From positions 310,472-374,471 of the forward strand of contig NZ_BBYJ01000004.1 of the NCBI RefSeq assembly GCF_001528665.1: a stretch of 64,000 nucleotides of DNA, written 5' to 3'. Shown here piece after piece: positions 23,444 through 33,086 of the stretch; the first letter of the stretch is position 1, and every line of letters starts with the position of its first letter. The translations under genes were made by a program, and so were the position numbers. This stretch comes from Microtetraspora malaysiensis (GTDB lineage Bacteria > Actinomycetota > Actinomycetes > Streptosporangiales > Streptosporangiaceae). The notes under the pieces were generated by a model, which was not told the origin of the DNA, did no database searches, and saw nothing but the letters and a program-made list of their open reading frames with translations.

Positions 23444-24493
23444 ATGAAGCGCTTCACGAGGGCGGCCGTCTCCCTGGCCGCCCCGCTGGCGGCCGCGCAG
23501 TTCGTCGTGGGCGCGACCGCGCCCGCCGCGGCCGCGGCGCCGCAGCCCGTGCGGGTGCCGTCCGGGGTGACGGCGGGCTACGTCGTCTTCGACCGGCAGG
23601 CGGGCAAGGTGATCGCGAATCGCCAGGTCCATCACCGGTTCAGGTCCGCCTCGGTGGTCAAGGTGCTCATCGCGATCGACTACCTCGAACGGCGGAAGGG
23701 CGCGATCCCGGCCGCCGACGCGGCGCTGCTCGCCACCATGCTGCGCGGCAGCAACGATGACGCCGCGACCGCGCTGTGGCGGCGCGGCGGTCAGGGGAAG
23801 ATCGTCCAGCGCATGGCCCGGAAGGTCGGTCTGACCGACACCGCGCCGCCCCCGGCCGCCAAGCCGGGGTTCTGGGGATACACCGCGATCAGCGCCCTCG
23901 ACATCGCCCGGGTCTACCGATACCTGCTCGACACGGCGCAGCCGCGCGTACGCGACGCCGTGCTGGGCCACCTGCGCCAGGCGCAACAGTGCGCGACGGA
24001 CGGTTTTGACCAGTATTTCGGCATCCCGCGCGGTGTCCCCCGCCCGTGGGCGGTCAAGCAGGGCTGGTCGGGGTACGGCTCTGTGCCGCCGGTCAAATGC
24101 GTACGCTCCGCGAGTTCCTCGCCCGGCATGGCGCCGAGGGGCGCGGCGGGCCCGGCCACGACCGGGGCGAGCGCCACCGATCTCACCGCCGTCACGGCCG
24201 GCCCAGCGGGTCTCGCGGTGAATCTCACCGCGGGTCTCGCAGCGGGTGTCACCGCGAGTCTCGGGTCGGATCTCACCGTGGGTCGCACGGCAGGCCTTAC
24301 GACAGGTCGTGCGGCGAGTCTGCGGCGGGGCAACGCGGTGGACTTCAGCCGTCCCGTGCTCCACACGACCGGCATGATCGGCGACCGGTTCATCATGGTG
24401 GTGCTGACCACCCAACCGGCCGGCGCGTCCTACGGCTCGTCGGCGACCCGGCTGACCGCCCTCGCCCGGGACCTGTACCGCAGCGTGCGCTGA
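23444..24493 (+). CDS. Secreted class-A beta-lactamase-like serine hydrolase with internal repeat insertion
   Basis: Signal peptide; SxxK (FRSASVVK), SDN-like (RGSNDDAATAL), KxG (VKQGWSG) motifs; C-terminal ...VLHTTGMIGDRFIMVVLT. Confidence 0.6.
   Translation: MKRFTRAAVSLAAPLAAAQFVVGATAPAAAAAPQPVRVPSGVTAGYVVFDRQAGKVIANRQVHHRFRSASVVKVLIAIDYLERRKGAIPAADAALLATMLRGSNDDAATALWRRGGQGKIVQRMARKVGLTDTAPPPAAKPGFWGYTAISALDIARVYRYLLDTAQPRVRDAVLGHLRQAQQCATDGFDQYFGIPRGVPRPWAVKQGWSGYGSVPPVKCVRSASSSPGMAPRGAAGPATTGASATDLTAVTAGPAGLAVNLTAGLAAGVTASLGSDLTVGRTAGLTTGRAASLRRGNAVDFSRPVLHTTGMIGDRFIMVVLTTQPAGASYGSSATRLTALARDLYRSVR
24178..24330. repeat. Imperfect 24-bp tandem repeat (about 5-6 units) inside the beta-lactamase-like CDS
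   Basis: Units like ggtctcgcggtgaatctcaccgcg / ggtctcgcagcgggtgtcaccgcg / agtctcgggtcggatctcaccgtg ... encoding 8-aa repeats GLAVNLTA, GLAAGVTA, SLGSDLTV, GRTAGLTT. Confidence 0.7.
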
Positions 24494-24544
24494 GGACCGC
24501 CGTTATCCACAGGCTCGGCCGGTGCGGCGCCGTACGGTCTGGGG

Positions 24545-25624
24545 ATGCGGCACCCTTGTGCGGTGGGAAACGACGAGGCGGCGGGGAGCAGGCTGGCCGG
24601 GCGCGTGGCCCGGGCGGCGCATGAGGCGCTGACCCTGCGAGGGCACGTGACGGCGGTCGACGTGATCACCGGCCTGCGGTGGTCCTATATAAGGGACGTC
24701 GAGACCTGGCGGCAGGGGCGGGCCGACAGTCTGGAGCGGGTGACCGCGGTGAACGCGGCCAAGATGGCCGACGCCGTGGCACTCCTCCGCGAGTGGGCGC
24801 TGACGCGCGGGCTGGTCCAGGGCGAGTCCACATACGTGTCGGGCGGCCGGGACCGGCGCCCGCTGCGCTTCACCGTCGACGGCGGCGAGGAGGTGGAGCG
24901 CGCGTTCCGGGTCCACTGGTTCTCTCCGGAGCTGAGCGAGGCCCGGCGCAAGCGGCTCGCCGAGCGGGAGGCGCAGCCGCCCGACCTGACGGTCGTCGCG
25001 CCCCTCGAACCATGGACCTGCGCGGGCTGTGGAGACACCGGGCCGCACCACATCATGGAAGACGACCGGCCACACTGCCTGACCTGCGCGGACATGGACC
25101 ATCTCGCCTTCCTGCCCGCCGGAAACGCGGCGCTGAGCCGCCGGGCCAAGAAAGAGAGCGTGCTGTCGGCGGTGGTCGTCCAGTTCAACCGCCGGAGAAA
25201 GCGGTTCGAACGGCAGGGCATCCTCGTCGAAGAGGAGGCGCTGGCCCGCGCCGAGGAGCAGTGCCTCGCCGACGAGGAGGTACGGCTCCGCCGCCGCGAG
25301 CGAGACCGGCTGCGGCGCGAAGCGGGAGACGTCGAGTTCCAGGCCGAGCTCGCCGCCGAGATCCGGCGGCTGTTCCCCGGATGCCCGCCGGAGCGCGCCG
25401 AGACGATCGCCCTGCACGCGGGGCTGCGCGGCAGCGGGCGCGTGGGCCGCACGGCCGCGGCCCGCGTGCTCGACGAGCGGGCCGTCACCCTGGCCGTCGT
25501 CGCCTCGGTACGCCACCTGGACACCGACTACGACCGCCTGCTGATGGCCGGGGTTCCCCGGCAGGACGCGCGGGACCGCATCCGCGACCGCATCGACCAG
25601 GTGCTCACCGCCTGGCGCGCCTGA
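24545..25624 (+). CDS. DUF2293-like conserved cytosolic protein (start uncertain)
   Basis: Cys-rich CxxC...CxxC segment (WTCAGCGDTG...HCLTCADMDH) and C-terminal region typical of actinobacterial DUF2293 proteins. Confidence 0.45.
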   Translation: MRHPCAVGNDEAAGSRLAGRVARAAHEALTLRGHVTAVDVITGLRWSYIRDVETWRQGRADSLERVTAVNAAKMADAVALLREWALTRGLVQGESTYVSGGRDRRPLRFTVDGGEEVERAFRVHWFSPELSEARRKRLAEREAQPPDLTVVAPLEPWTCAGCGDTGPHHIMEDDRPHCLTCADMDHLAFLPAGNAALSRRAKKESVLSAVVVQFNRRRKRFERQGILVEEEALARAEEQCLADEEVRLRRRERDRLRREAGDVEFQAELAAEIRRLFPGCPPERAETIALHAGLRGSGRVGRTAAARVLDERAVTLAVVASVRHLDTDYDRLLMAGVPRQDARDRIRDRIDQVLTAWRA

Positions 25625-25675
25625 GATGGACGACGGCCGCCCACGACGCCCCGGCGAGGCGGCTGGGGGCGGTCC

Positions 25676-28600
25676 TCACGCGGGCGGGGCGGCCGGCCCA
25701 GGCTCGTCGGGGTGGGCGGTCGTGCGGTCGATGGCCCGTTCGACGCCGCCCACCCGGTCGGCGAGGAGCCCGATGGCGCCGACGGCCCGGACCATCGGGT
25801 CGTCCTCGTCGCCGCCGAGCGCACGGGCGCGGAGATATCCGGCCTTGACCTCGGCCCAGCGCCGTCGCTGCTCGTCGCTCATCCTGCCGCGCAGCTCGGC
25901 CAGCTTGAGCAGGTTGGCCTCGGCCTCGGACGTCAGTGTCTGCGCCTCACCCGCGTAATGGTCGTCGATCAGCGCCTCGACCTCGGCGTCGTTCATCACG
26001 GGGACGATCCGCTCCACGAGCTTGTTCATGTTCCGGTACGACCCCTGCAGCCGGAAGGACGGTTCGGTTCGCGAGGCGTCCGCCTGCGCCGCCGACGCGA
26101 TGTACGCCCGGTTGACGCCGAGCACCACCCGCTGGATCCGGGTCAGCTTGCTCAACACCGCCGTGACCTGGTCGAGCTCGACCTTCTGGTACGGATGGGC
26201 GAGCTGGTCGGCCCGCACGTCCGCGTCGCCGCGCGCCAACCGTACGAGAAGCTCGATGTCCGCGGGGTCGCGGGTGGACAGCGGCGCGAGAACGGGGTTG
26301 GAGGTGAGCGCGTTCTCGATGTAGCTCAGCGCGAACAGGTCCTCCCTGCCCGAGAGCACGTCGCCCAGGTTCCACACGTCGGCCCGGTTGGCCAGCATGT
26401 CCGGGACGCGGAACCGCTGCCCCGACTCCGTATACGGGTTGCCTGCCATGCAGACGGCGAAGCGCTTGCCGCGCAGGTCGTACGTCCGGGTGCCGCCGTT
26501 CCAGACGCCCTCCATCCGGCGCTGGGCGTCGCAGAGCGAGATGAACTTCTGCAGCAGCTCCGGCGAGGTGTGCTGGATGTCGTCGAGGTAGAGCAGCGCG
26601 TTGTTCCCGCACTCCAGCGCGAACGACACCTTCTCGATCTCCTGCCGGGCGGTGGCGTTCGGCGCGTCCGCCGGGTCGAGCGAGGTGACGGCGTGCCCCA
26701 ACGCCGGGCCGTTGATCTTGACGAACATCAGCCCGAGCCGGCTCGCGACATACTCCATCAGCGTGGTCTTGCCGTACCCGGGCGGCGAGATGAGCAGCAG
26801 CAGGCCCATCTGGTCGGTGCGCCGTCCCTCCCCCGCCGCGCCGAGCTGCTTGGCCAGGTTGTCGCCGATCAGCGGCAGGTAGACCTGGTCGAGGAGCCGG
26901 TTGCGCACGAACGCGCTCATCACCTTGGGCCGGTACTCGTCCAGCCGCATCCGGGCCCGCTCCCGGTCGAGCAGCTCGCCGCGCCGCTTCTGGTACGCCC
27001 GGTAGGCGGGCACCCGTTCGGTCCGGAACCGCCGGGTCCGGGCCAGGACCTCGTCGAGGCGCAGCGTCAGGGTCCGTCCGTTCAGCCGGGGGTGCGCCCC
27101 GAGCAGCCCCTCCACGGTGACCGTGAGCGACATCGACGCCTCGCGCCGCGGCAGGTCGCAGAGCAGGACGGCGACGGCCTCGGCGAGATCTCCGGCGCGC
27201 ACGTCCGCCGCTGTGCCCGGCCGGCCGCCTTCTCGCCGTACGGCTCCCGACCGGAGCGGCGACACGAGATCGGGAGACGTGCCGAGGAACGCCGTCAGCC
27301 AGGCCATGACGAGCTGGTGCCTGGCGGCCAGGTCGTCGCCCAGGGCCCGGAGCTCGGCGTCGAACTGCGCGGCCGACCCGCCGAGCGCCTCGCGAAACCG
27401 CTCGACCAGCCGCCGGGCGAGCGGGCCGGTCGTGAACCCCGCCTCTGAGACGGCGAGCTCGTCGAACAGGTAGTCCCCGGCCGGCTCGGCGTCGTCCAGG
27501 CGTACGCCCCGGTCGCGCAGGAAGGCGGCGATCGCCGACGCGAACTCCGCGCGCAGCTCCCCGATCGCGCCGCCGACCCCGTCATCCCGTACTGCGTCGC
27601 CGTGGTCCCGTACGGCGTCACCGTCGACCGCCGGGGCGTCCGGCGCGCCGGACGTGTCCGCCCCGCGCCTGAACAGGGAGCGCGCCCTGGCCAGCGACCT
27701 GGCCCTGGTGGTCCACGCCTCGCGTTGGGCCGCACCCGCGCCGAAGGTCCAGAAGAGCTGGGCGGCGGCCCGCGCCGACGGCGGGAAACGCAGCAGCCCG
27801 GCACGCGCGTACACCGGGAGCAGCGCGCCGAGGATCGCGGCGGCGTCGTGGTCGTGGACGCCGCGCTCGTACCCCTCGTCGTACCGCGTCTCGGCCAGGC
27901 GGCGGACGAGGTCCGGCAGCCCGCCTCCGGCGAGGGCGGCGTGCAGCTCGTCGAGCGTCAGACCGCCGCCGGAGGCCGACTCGGCCAGGTCGAGGATCGA
28001 CGCGGCCAGGTGCTCGGCGCGGTACACCTCGGGTGACTCGGAGACGAGCACCTGATCCCAGAACGCTCTGGTGCGGTGGAACGCCTCGTCGTCCACCGGC
28101 GACCGGTAGTCGGTACCCGTGATCGCGAACGCCATCCGCCCGTCCACCGGGACCATGGTGAGGTCGATGGGCTGGGTGTTGACCGAGAACCGGTGGCGGC
28201 CGAGCCGGATCGTCTCACCGCCGTCGGCGTACAGGTCGAGCCGGTCGCGCAGCGCCCGCCCCGCGTCGAGGCGGGCCGCCTTGACCCGCCCGTCGAGCTC
28301 GTCGGCGCGTACCTGGTCGCCGAGGGACCGCAGCTCGTCGGCGACCGCGCGGAGCTTGGCCACCATCGGGTCGGAGGCGAAGTACGTGTTCACCTCGTCG
28401 ATCGAGCCGAGGCTCCCGGCGCGCCTGCGGACGCTCTCCAGAATGCGGCCGGAGGAGGCGACCAGCCGTTCCGCGCGCCGGGCCCGGGCGTCCAGCAACG
28501 TCTGGCGGCGCGAGGAGAACGCCTCGTAGACGTCCCCGCGCCTGGCCTCCAGCTTGGCCACGAAGTCGTCGAAATCCCCGAACCGGGACTCCAGGTCCTC

Positions 28601-30877
28601 CAGCCTGAGCAGCAGCCTCCCCATCTGCTCGTCGCAGCTCTCCGGTGTGCCGGCGAGCGCGAGCGCGGCGCTGACGGCCTGGCCGAGGAGGGCGAACTCG
28701 GCGGCGAACTCGGCTCTCTGCTCACCCGCGAGCAGTTCGCGGCGCCGCGCGGCGAGCGTCGCCCGCGCCTGGTTGATCCCCGCGAGCACCTCGGCGACGC
28801 GTTCCAGGATGCCGGTGCGTACGGTCGCGTCCGCGATGTCCAGCCCGCCCACGACCTCGGTCAGGACCTCAAGGCCTTCGGTCTGCCCGGCCAGCCGCTC
28901 GGCCACGGGGCCGGATTCCGCCACGGTCCCGATCGCCTGCGCCTCGGCGGTGAGCCGGTCCACGTCCGCGTGATATCCGGTGAACGCGTCCGCGCCCCGG
29001 AGGAACTCGACCGCTCTCCGCGCGGCCTCCGCGATCTCGGTGTCGAATCGGCCCGCCAGCGCGTCCAGCCGCTCGACGTCGACGTAGCGAACCTCCCGCA
29101 GCGTCGCGAGCCGGCCCTGGGCGCGGCGCAGCTCGGCCAGCCGCGCCACCCATTCGCCCGCCGACGCCGGCGCCTCTCCGCGCACCTGCCGGGCGAGAAG
29201 GGCGACGTTCTCGGCGGCCTCGTCCAGGGCGGCCGCGGCCTGCGCGGTGAGCGACTCTACCCGCTCGAACTCGTCGAGCACCTGCTCGGCGGTCGCGCGC
29301 ACCGCCCCGACGCCGGAGCGCAGGTCGTGCTCGTCCAGCCAGTGGTACTGGTCGGCGATCCGCACGCACGCCGCGATGAGCCCCTCGAACACCGGAACGG
29401 ACGGCTCCATCGCGTCGGCCATCCGCACGACGGAGAGGCAGTCGGAGATCCCGCGCACCAGGTCGGCGTTGCCGATCCGCTCCAGCGGCCCCGTGCCCAC
29501 CGGCCGGGCCGCCTCGAACACGTCCGACACGTACGGCGTCTGCCAGATCTGCATCAGGTGGACCCGGGTCGGCTCCTCGCGTACGGTCCGGCCCTGCTCG
29601 CCCGCGACCGGCGCGGGCGTCCGGAAGTACACGAGCGTGCCGTCCTCGAAGAGCGAGTACCCGTGACACGTGATCGGGTTGCTCACCTCCTTGCGGATCA
29701 CGTTGTACGGCAGGAGCAGCGACCGGCCCTCCGCCCGCGCGTGGAACACGTACAGCACGTCCTCGCCGTTGGGCGAGCGGATGAGGCGCTCGAACTCCAG
29801 CTCGGCGACGTCGAGGTCGAAGGTCTTCACGACGCCGGTGGTGAGGTGGTATCCGCCGGGGAAGACGATCCCCTGGTCCTCGGGGAGCCGCTGGCAGGCC
29901 TGCCCGATGCCGTCGAGGCGTTCGACCTTCCTGGTCCTGGTGTTGAACACCAGGTGGCGCCACTCCTTCTCGTTGTACGGCCGTACGCGCAGCAGGATCA
30001 GCGGCCCGACCCTGGCGTAGTGGACGTCGGCGTCGGCGAGGCTCTGCAGCGGTTCCACGACCGGTTCCCGGTAGATGCCCTCACCGGTCTCGGTGTTGTT
30101 CTCGATCTTGATGGTGAGGTCGCCGCCGACCGTCTCGACGAACACCTCGTCCTCGATCGAGATGTGCGGATGGCGGCCGAGGACGTGGTCGTCCCGCGTG
30201 GTCTCGATCCACTCGAAGTCGTGCGACGGCGGGAAGACGTGGTCGCGTTCGCCCCGATTGTCGACATAGCGGACTGTGCCGTCGGTCGCGACGCTCCACC
30301 GCAGGACCCGGATGTCCTGCGGCCCGGTCTGGAACACGGCCAGCAGCCGCCCCTCCAGCCGCCGGAGCTGCAACAGCCTGGTCTCGCTGTAGTAGCGGTA
30401 CAGCTCGGCGAAGTCCCGCTCGAACGCCGGGTCGTCGAACAGCCCCGGCACCTCGTCGAACCGGAACGTGTCCCCGTCCCGGGTGAACCGGTGGAACGAG
30501 AAGACGTCCCGGGGGGTGGTCCCCGACTTCAGTCCGATGAACACGTTGTAGCCGAACAGCATGACCTCGCCGAGCGAGACGCTGTCGCGGGGCACGCAGT
30601 TGTTCTCGGTGCGGACGCGGGCGGTGCCGAGCAGGCGGAAATCCGCTCCGCCGAAGACCTCCAGCCGCCGCGCGTTCAGCTCCTCGGTCCGGCGCAGCAG
30701 CTCCTTCGCCTGCGTGGCCAGCCTGTCTCGCAGCACCTCGTACGTGCTGGAGTCCAGCTCGGCGGGTGCGGCCGACGGCCCGGTCCCGGCCTCCGCCGGT
30801 GTGGTCGTCGTGGCCGCGGATGTGGTCGTCGGCGTACTCATGGGCGTGCTCATCGGTGTGCTCATCGGTGTGCTCAT
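25676..30877 (-). CDS. Giant (about 1,730 aa) AAA+ ATPase with N-terminal beta-rich domain and long coiled-coil/Ala-Arg-Glu-rich middle; flotillin-operon-associated
   Basis: Walker A ISPPGYGKTTLMEY, Walker B ALLYLDDIQHT, sensor region NPYTESGQRFRVPDMLANRADVW near the C-terminus. Start placed at the first of four tandem ATG-Ser-Thr-Pro codon repeats (30875-30877), 50 bp after the flotillin stop. The track ORF starting at 30976 would overlap flotillin. Confidence 0.7.
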   Translation of the reverse strand: MSTPMSTPMSTPMSTPTTTSAATTTTPAEAGTGPSAAPAELDSSTYEVLRDRLATQAKELLRRTEELNARRLEVFGGADFRLLGTARVRTENNCVPRDSVSLGEVMLFGYNVFIGLKSGTTPRDVFSFHRFTRDGDTFRFDEVPGLFDDPAFERDFAELYRYYSETRLLQLRRLEGRLLAVFQTGPQDIRVLRWSVATDGTVRYVDNRGERDHVFPPSHDFEWIETTRDDHVLGRHPHISIEDEVFVETVGGDLTIKIENNTETGEGIYREPVVEPLQSLADADVHYARVGPLILLRVRPYNEKEWRHLVFNTRTRKVERLDGIGQACQRLPEDQGIVFPGGYHLTTGVVKTFDLDVAELEFERLIRSPNGEDVLYVFHARAEGRSLLLPYNVIRKEVSNPITCHGYSLFEDGTLVYFRTPAPVAGEQGRTVREEPTRVHLMQIWQTPYVSDVFEAARPVGTGPLERIGNADLVRGISDCLSVVRMADAMEPSVPVFEGLIAACVRIADQYHWLDEHDLRSGVGAVRATAEQVLDEFERVESLTAQAAAALDEAAENVALLARQVRGEAPASAGEWVARLAELRRAQGRLATLREVRYVDVERLDALAGRFDTEIAEAARRAVEFLRGADAFTGYHADVDRLTAEAQAIGTVAESGPVAERLAGQTEGLEVLTEVVGGLDIADATVRTGILERVAEVLAGINQARATLAARRRELLAGEQRAEFAAEFALLGQAVSAALALAGTPESCDEQMGRLLLRLEDLESRFGDFDDFVAKLEARRGDVYEAFSSRRQTLLDARARRAERLVASSGRILESVRRRAGSLGSIDEVNTYFASDPMVAKLRAVADELRSLGDQVRADELDGRVKAARLDAGRALRDRLDLYADGGETIRLGRHRFSVNTQPIDLTMVPVDGRMAFAITGTDYRSPVDDEAFHRTRAFWDQVLVSESPEVYRAEHLAASILDLAESASGGGLTLDELHAALAGGGLPDLVRRLAETRYDEGYERGVHDHDAAAILGALLPVYARAGLLRFPPSARAAAQLFWTFGAGAAQREAWTTRARSLARARSLFRRGADTSGAPDAPAVDGDAVRDHGDAVRDDGVGGAIGELRAEFASAIAAFLRDRGVRLDDAEPAGDYLFDELAVSEAGFTTGPLARRLVERFREALGGSAAQFDAELRALGDDLAARHQLVMAWLTAFLGTSPDLVSPLRSGAVRREGGRPGTAADVRAGDLAEAVAVLLCDLPRREASMSLTVTVEGLLGAHPRLNGRTLTLRLDEVLARTRRFRTERVPAYRAYQKRRGELLDRERARMRLDEYRPKVMSAFVRNRLLDQVYLPLIGDNLAKQLGAAGEGRRTDQMGLLLLISPPGYGKTTLMEYVASRLGLMFVKINGPALGHAVTSLDPADAPNATARQEIEKVSFALECGNNALLYLDDIQHTSPELLQKFISLCDAQRRMEGVWNGGTRTYDLRGKRFAVCMAGNPYTESGQRFRVPDMLANRADVWNLGDVLSGREDLFALSYIENALTSNPVLAPLSTRDPADIELLVRLARGDADVRADQLAHPYQKVELDQVTAVLSKLTRIQRVVLGVNRAYIASAAQADASRTEPSFRLQGSYRNMNKLVERIVPVMNDAEVEALIDDHYAGEAQTLTSEAEANLLKLAELRGRMSDEQRRRWAEVKAGYLRARALGGDEDDPMVRAVGAIGLLADRVGGVERAIDRTTAHPDEPGPAAPPA

Positions 30878-30886
30878 CAGCGCTGT
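30839..30886. repeat. 12-bp tandem repeat x4 (atgagcacaccg on minus strand) encoding MSTP MSTP MSTP MSTP at the 5' end of the giant ATPase gene
   Basis: cat at 30839-41, 30851-53, 30863-65, 30875-77 on plus strand, each followed by the same 9 bases. Confidence 0.85.
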
Positions 30887-30926
30887 CGTGGGCGCGTCAC
30901 GTGGTCCTCGGTGCCGGGTCGCACCA

Positions 30927-33074
30927 TCAGTGCTTCGCCGAGTTGGCCGGCGCCGAACCGGCCTCGGCCGGTGCACCGGTTCTCGAGCCGGCCGCCGTAC
31001 CCGTCGCCCCGGCGACGGCCGAGAGCGACCGGTCGGCGACGCCGAGGCTGCGGGCGGCGCTCAGCAGATCCTGGAGCTTGCCCGCGTCCGGGCCACCCGC
31101 GTTGATCAGCTTCAGCAGCACGGCCGAGAGCGTGAGGTTCCGTACGTCGGCGGTGTCCACCGAGCCGACGAGGCGCATCAGGTCCGCGGGCAGGCTCGCC
31201 GTCCCGTCCAGGTATGGCCCGGCCAGCGCCCGCGTCACCGCGGAGTTCTCGACGAAGCCGTCCACGCTCCGGCCCGCCGTGATCGAGTTCATCAACCGGT
31301 CGAAGAAGACGGTGTCGCCGCCCACGATGTCGATGTCGGCGTTCTCCAGGCCCGCGGCGAGCACGGTCGCCTGGGCGTCCGCGATCTCCCGCTGGACGTC
31401 GATGTTCTTGAGGCGGATCTCCTTCTCGGCCTCCAGCCGCAACCGGTACTCCTCGTGGCCCCGGCTCGCCTCGTCGAGCGCCGCCATGGCCTCGGCCTTC
31501 TCCTTGAGGCCCTCCGCCTCCGCCTTCAGCTTCTCGCCCACGGCGGCGGCAGCGGCGAGGGCCTTCGCCTGCTCGCCCTCGGCCTCCGCCTTGAGCCGCT
31601 CGCCGACGGCGAGCGCGGCGGCCAGGCCCTTCTCCCGCTCCACGGCGGCCTCCGCGCGCCCGACCTTCTCGATCGCCTCGGCGTCCCGTTCGCGTACCTG
31701 CACCTCGGCGAGCCCGGCGGCCGCCGCCTCGGCCCGCAGCCCCTCCGCGAGGCGGATCTTGGCCTGGCTGTCGAGCTCGGCCGCCTGCTGCCGCGCCTCG
31801 GCCAGGACGAGTTCCTCGCGCGCCTTGAACGTGGCCGCCTGCTCCGCGGCCTCGGCCGCCTTGATGTCCTTGACCAGGTTCTCCTGTGCCTCGGCCTCCG
31901 CCTGGATCACCAGCGCCTGACGGACCCGCTCGGCCTCCTCGACGACGCGCAGGCGCTTGATGTTCTCCTCCTGCTCGGCGACCGTCTTCTCCACGGCGAT
32001 CCGCTCGCGGGTCACTTCGGCGATGGCCCGCCGCTCGACTTCGAGCTCCTTGTCCTTGGAGATGCGCGACAGCTCGGTCTCCCGCTCGCGGGAGATCACC
32101 TCCAGCAGGCGATCCTTCTCGATCCGCTCGCTCTCGATGGCGATGACCCGCTCGCGGTTCTTCCCCGCGACCTGGATCTCCCGCTCGCGGTTCTCGCGCT
32201 GGATGCCGAGCTGCTCCTCCGTACGGATGTTGGCCGCCTCGAACTTGAGCCGCTCCTCCGCCTGCACCCGGGCCGTCTCGGCCTCCTCCCGCGCCCGCAC
32301 GGTGTCGATCTCGCGCCGCTGCTTGGCCTCGGCGTCGGCCTGCCGCCGCTCCAGTTCGAGGATGGCCTCCCGCGCGTCGACGTTCTGGCGGGTGATCTCC
32401 TTCTCCTCGTTGCGCTGGTACTCATTGGTGCGCACGTGCTCGATCGCCGTCAGCTCGGTGATCTTCCGGATGCCCTGCGCGTCGAGGATGTTCGCCGGGT
32501 CGAGCTGGGCGAGCGGGGTCTGCTCCAGGAAGTCGATCGCGGCGTCCTCCAGGCTGTAGCCGTTCAGGTCGGTTCCGATCACCCTGATGATCTGGTCCCG
32601 GAATTCGTCGCGCTTGGTATAGAGATCGACGAAATCGAGCTGCTTTCCGACCGTCTTGAGCGCCTCGGAGAACTTGGCGTTGAACAGCTCCTGCAAGGTC
32701 GTCTCGTCGCTCGCGCGTACCGTGCCGATCGCCTGCGCGACCTTGATCACGTCTTCGACCGTCTTGTTGACCCGTACGAAGAACGTGATCCGGATGTCCG
32801 CCCGGATATTGTCGCGACAGATCAGCCCTTCATGCCCGGTACGCGTGATCTCAATGGTCTTCACGGAGATGTCCATCACCTCCGACTTGTGGAGAACGGG
32901 AAGCACGACGGCGCCCGTGAAGGTGACATCGACCCGCCGCGTCTTGGAGACGATCAGCGCCATGCCCTGTTCGACCTTGCGATAGAGGCGGCTCACGACG
33001 ACGACCGCGCCGATGACGACAAGAAGGAGAACGGCGAGAAGCACGCCCGTCCCGGTGCTGATCACATCCACCAT
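30927..33074 (-). CDS. Flotillin (SPFH/band-7 family) protein with long coiled-coil EA-repeat C-terminal region
   Basis: N-terminal TM helix, SPFH domain (ALIVSKTRRVDVTFTGAVVLPVLHKSEVMDISVKTIEI...), extended Glu/Ala/Arg coiled-coil typical of FloT/YuaG. Confidence 0.85.
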   Translation of the reverse strand: MVDVISTGTGVLLAVLLLVVIGAVVVVSRLYRKVEQGMALIVSKTRRVDVTFTGAVVLPVLHKSEVMDISVKTIEITRTGHEGLICRDNIRADIRITFFVRVNKTVEDVIKVAQAIGTVRASDETTLQELFNAKFSEALKTVGKQLDFVDLYTKRDEFRDQIIRVIGTDLNGYSLEDAAIDFLEQTPLAQLDPANILDAQGIRKITELTAIEHVRTNEYQRNEEKEITRQNVDAREAILELERRQADAEAKQRREIDTVRAREEAETARVQAEERLKFEAANIRTEEQLGIQRENREREIQVAGKNRERVIAIESERIEKDRLLEVISRERETELSRISKDKELEVERRAIAEVTRERIAVEKTVAEQEENIKRLRVVEEAERVRQALVIQAEAEAQENLVKDIKAAEAAEQAATFKAREELVLAEARQQAAELDSQAKIRLAEGLRAEAAAAGLAEVQVRERDAEAIEKVGRAEAAVEREKGLAAALAVGERLKAEAEGEQAKALAAAAAVGEKLKAEAEGLKEKAEAMAALDEASRGHEEYRLRLEAEKEIRLKNIDVQREIADAQATVLAAGLENADIDIVGGDTVFFDRLMNSITAGRSVDGFVENSAVTRALAGPYLDGTASLPADLMRLVGSVDTADVRNLTLSAVLLKLINAGGPDAGKLQDLLSAARSLGVADRSLSAVAGATGTAAGSRTGAPAEAGSAPANSAKH

Positions 33075-33086
33075 CGAAGATCCCTG

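Noticed and set aside
30927-30976. The giant ATPase ORF start at 30976 as given in the six-frame track (overlapping flotillin by 50 bp).
   Set aside because: The N-terminal 33 residues are an Arg/Pro-rich read-through. The four downstream in-frame ATG (MSTP) codons give a non-overlapping start and are preferred.
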